Assembly: GCA_017613535.1 (NCBI GenBank)
Contig: JAGADO010000031.1
Span: 1 to 55,658 of the forward strand
DNA: 55,658 bases
Source of the DNA: Clostridia bacterium
GTDB lineage: Bacteria > Bacillota > Clostridia > UBA1212 > UBA1255
Reading direction: 5' to 3'
Made by a program: the position numbers and the translations under genes. Positions 53,995-55,658 of this stretch are shown one piece after another. The notes beneath the pieces are model-generated. The model saw only the letters and a list, made by a program, of their open reading frames with translations. It searched no databases and was not told the origin of the DNA. The number at the start of each line of letters is the position of its first letter. Within the stretch, counting starts at the first letter, position 1.

Positions 53995-55434
53995 TCATTT
54001 CGTTTTCTGAATATTCATGAACGAGCCCTTCCCCTTTTTCGTGAGGCTCAGGATCGGCACGCCCATAAATTCTGCCATCATTTTTACGATGTGCGGCCCG
54101 CAGAATCCGCCCTGGCAGCGTCCCATCTGCGCCCTCGTCCTCATCTTCACTCCGTCTATGTCCGTCGCGCGCGGGTTCTGGCGTATCGCGTTCAGTATCT
54201 CGCCTTCGGTGATGTTTTCGCAGCGGCAGATGACGTGGCCGTACTCCGGCTCTTTGGCAATAACTTTATTTCTCTCTTCTTTATCCAGTTCGCGGAACCA
54301 GTGGTACGCTCTCCTGGTGGCAATATAATTATCTTTTTTCTTCATTTCGAGCCCGGAATCTCTTATCAGTTCCGCCACGTACCGGGCGATCGCCGGCGAT
54401 GACGTGAGGCCGGGGCTTTCGATCGCCGCAGCGTTGAAGAAGCCGCGCTTCGGGTTATTGATAATGAAGTCGCCTGTGTCTCCAACGGCACGCAGTCCGC
54501 AGAAAGAAGTAATGACGCTGCCGGTATTGACCTTCGGCATCTCGCGCCTGACCTGCGCGATGATGCGGTCAAGCCCTTCCGCGGTCACGGAGAAATCTTC
54601 CTTGTCGTCAATATTAACCGACGTGGGTCCGAGCAGCAGGTTTCCGTCAACAGTCGGAGAGATCAGTATTCCTTTTCCCATCTTCGTAGGTGTGCGGAAT
54701 ATCGTGCAGCTGCAGGCGTTTCCGGATGTTTTATCGAGCAGCATGTATTCGCCGCGCCTGGGTGTGATCTTAAACGTTCCGCAGCCTGCCATCTCAGCGA
54801 TCGCGTCTGAGTAGAGCCCGGCAGAGTTTACGATGTTTCGAGCTTCGATCTTTCTTCCGTCTTTCGCCTCTACTGTATAATAAGCGTCTTTTCCGCTGCC
54901 AGTTTCTTCTATTTTTTCCGCTTCGAAATTAAGCAACAGTTCAGCACCGTTATCCATCGCGTTTCCGACGGCTGCAAACGTCAGTTCGTACGGGCATACG
55001 ATTGCTCCGGTCGGGGCGACAAGCGCGCAGTCCGCGTCTTCTGCGAGCCCCGGTTCCATCGCGTGGAGTTCTTCTTTTTCGGCAATATATAATTCGCGTA
55101 CACCGTTCCGGCGGCCGCGTTCAAGCAGTTCTTCAAGCGTTTTTCTGTCTTCTTCTCCGAATCCGACAACGATCGATCCGTTCTTTTTGTATTTTACTCC
55201 GAGGTCTGCGCAGACGCGTTCCATCATGCCGGATCCTTCGACGTTGAACCGTGCTTTCAGCGTTCCCGGTTTCGCGTCAAATCCGGCGTGTACTATCGCG
55301 CTGTTTGCGCTGCTGGAGCCTCTTCCAACGTCGTTTTCGGCTTCAAGCATACAGATCTTCAATTCGTACACGGATAATTCCCGGGCAATCATCCCTCCGA
55401 TGACCCCGGCTCCGATTATTGCAACATCAAACAT
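53995..55434 (-). CDS. FAD-dependent glycerol-3-phosphate dehydrogenase-like oxidoreductase with a BFD-like [2Fe-2S] domain
   Basis: Start set to MFDVAIIGAGVIGGMIAREL (ATG at 55434), downstream of the promoter at 55475..55503. CRCENITEGEI BFD-like motif near the C-terminus. The track start at 55530 would lie inside the terminal repeat. Confidence 0.82.
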   Translation of the reverse strand: MFDVAIIGAGVIGGMIARELSVYELKICMLEAENDVGRGSSSANSAIVHAGFDAKPGTLKARFNVEGSGMMERVCADLGVKYKKNGSIVVGFGEEDRKTLEELLERGRRNGVRELYIAEKEELHAMEPGLAEDADCALVAPTGAIVCPYELTFAAVGNAMDNGAELLLNFEAEKIEETGSGKDAYYTVEAKDGRKIEARNIVNSAGLYSDAIAEMAGCGTFKITPRRGEYMLLDKTSGNACSCTIFRTPTKMGKGILISPTVDGNLLLGPTSVNIDDKEDFSVTAEGLDRIIAQVRREMPKVNTGSVITSFCGLRAVGDTGDFIINNPKRGFFNAAAIESPGLTSSPAIARYVAELIRDSGLEMKKKDNYIATRRAYHWFRELDKEERNKVIAKEPEYGHVICRCENITEGEILNAIRQNPRATDIDGVKMRTRAQMGRCQGGFCGPHIVKMMAEFMGVPILSLTKKGKGSFMNIQKTK

Positions 55435-55474
55435 ATAAGCAGCACTCTCCCAGACACGCTTTTTTGCACTGGCG

Positions 55475-55503
55475 ATTATACCATTCCGGCGGGCGGTTGT
55501 CAA
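55475..55503 (-). promoter_or_regulatory. Promoter of the glycerol-3-phosphate dehydrogenase-like operon (perfect consensus hexamers)
   Basis: Minus strand TTGACA (55503..55498), 17 nt, TATAAT (55480..55475). GGGAGAG RBS before the ATG at 55434. Confidence 0.55.
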
Positions 55504-55519
55504 TTTGTGAAGCATTATG

Positions 55520-55658
55520 GACTGTGTCAAGTATTCGTTGGCAAATCATGTACCATTGATGCCGGATATATTTGCCCAGGTTCCCTTTAACGGGCCCTGT
55601 ACGGGCGTAAACGAGCCTTTAACAGGGTATTCATATCCTTTTCCCTCTTTCTTTGCAA
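55520..55658. repeat. Right copy of the inverted repeat of at least 139 bp (partner 3..141); runs off the window edge
   Basis: The reverse complement is identical to 3..141 except at one position (55596 versus 65). Confidence 0.95.

Noticed and set aside
55435-55530. N-terminal extension (MTQSIMLHKLTTARRNG...) of the G3P-dehydrogenase-like CDS
   Set aside because: The extension would begin inside the terminal repeat and upstream of the consensus promoter at 55475..55503. The FAD-binding fold begins right at MFDVAIIGAGVIGG, which has its own RBS.

Overview
This 55.7-kb window looks like a moderately GC-rich chromosome segment from a Clostridia-like Firmicute. The evidence is the anaerobic cbi cobalamin pathway, the cdaA-cdaR pair and a DUF1667-type glycerol-3-phosphate dehydrogenase trio. 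I found no rRNA, tRNA, CRISPR array, integrase or recognisable transposase. Contents from left to right:
(1) A plus-strand glycan-related operon with an SGNH/DUF303-like esterase, a GH99-like/WbsX-like protein and a membrane-anchored surface protein.
(2) A minus-strand ybjQ gene followed by an ABC-exporter / DUF1854 / ABC-exporter module. Both transporters carry N-terminal extensions ending in a zinc ribbon.
(3) A lipoprotein gene and a paaK plus ACT-domain pair.
(4) A roughly 17.4-kb, 18-gene minus-strand cobalamin operon. It holds btuFCD-like uptake genes, cbiA/C/D/F/G/H, a cbiJ-cbiE-cbiT fusion, cbiB, cobQ, cobO, cobT, cobU, cobS, a short cobU-like paralog and cobC. It sits behind one cobalamin riboswitch and a perfect consensus promoter.
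(5) An AraC-linked glycan locus. Three adjacent genes carry six copies of an unrecognised ~145-aa module. One of them is a GH32-like protein whose catalytic Asp is replaced. Another has an in-frame TAA that cuts off its membrane anchor. A GH127-like lipoprotein follows.
(6) A low-GC sigma / anti-sigma-like island.
(7) rhaA, asnA and a second AraC regulator.
(8) acpS, cdaR, cdaA and an untracked small membrane ORF.
(9) A glycerol-3-phosphate dehydrogenase-like trio, a GH27 alpha-galactosidase and two coupled hypothetical genes.
The window is bounded by an inverted repeat of at least 139 bp, cut by both edges. All product calls come from motif recognition by eye. No database searches were run.
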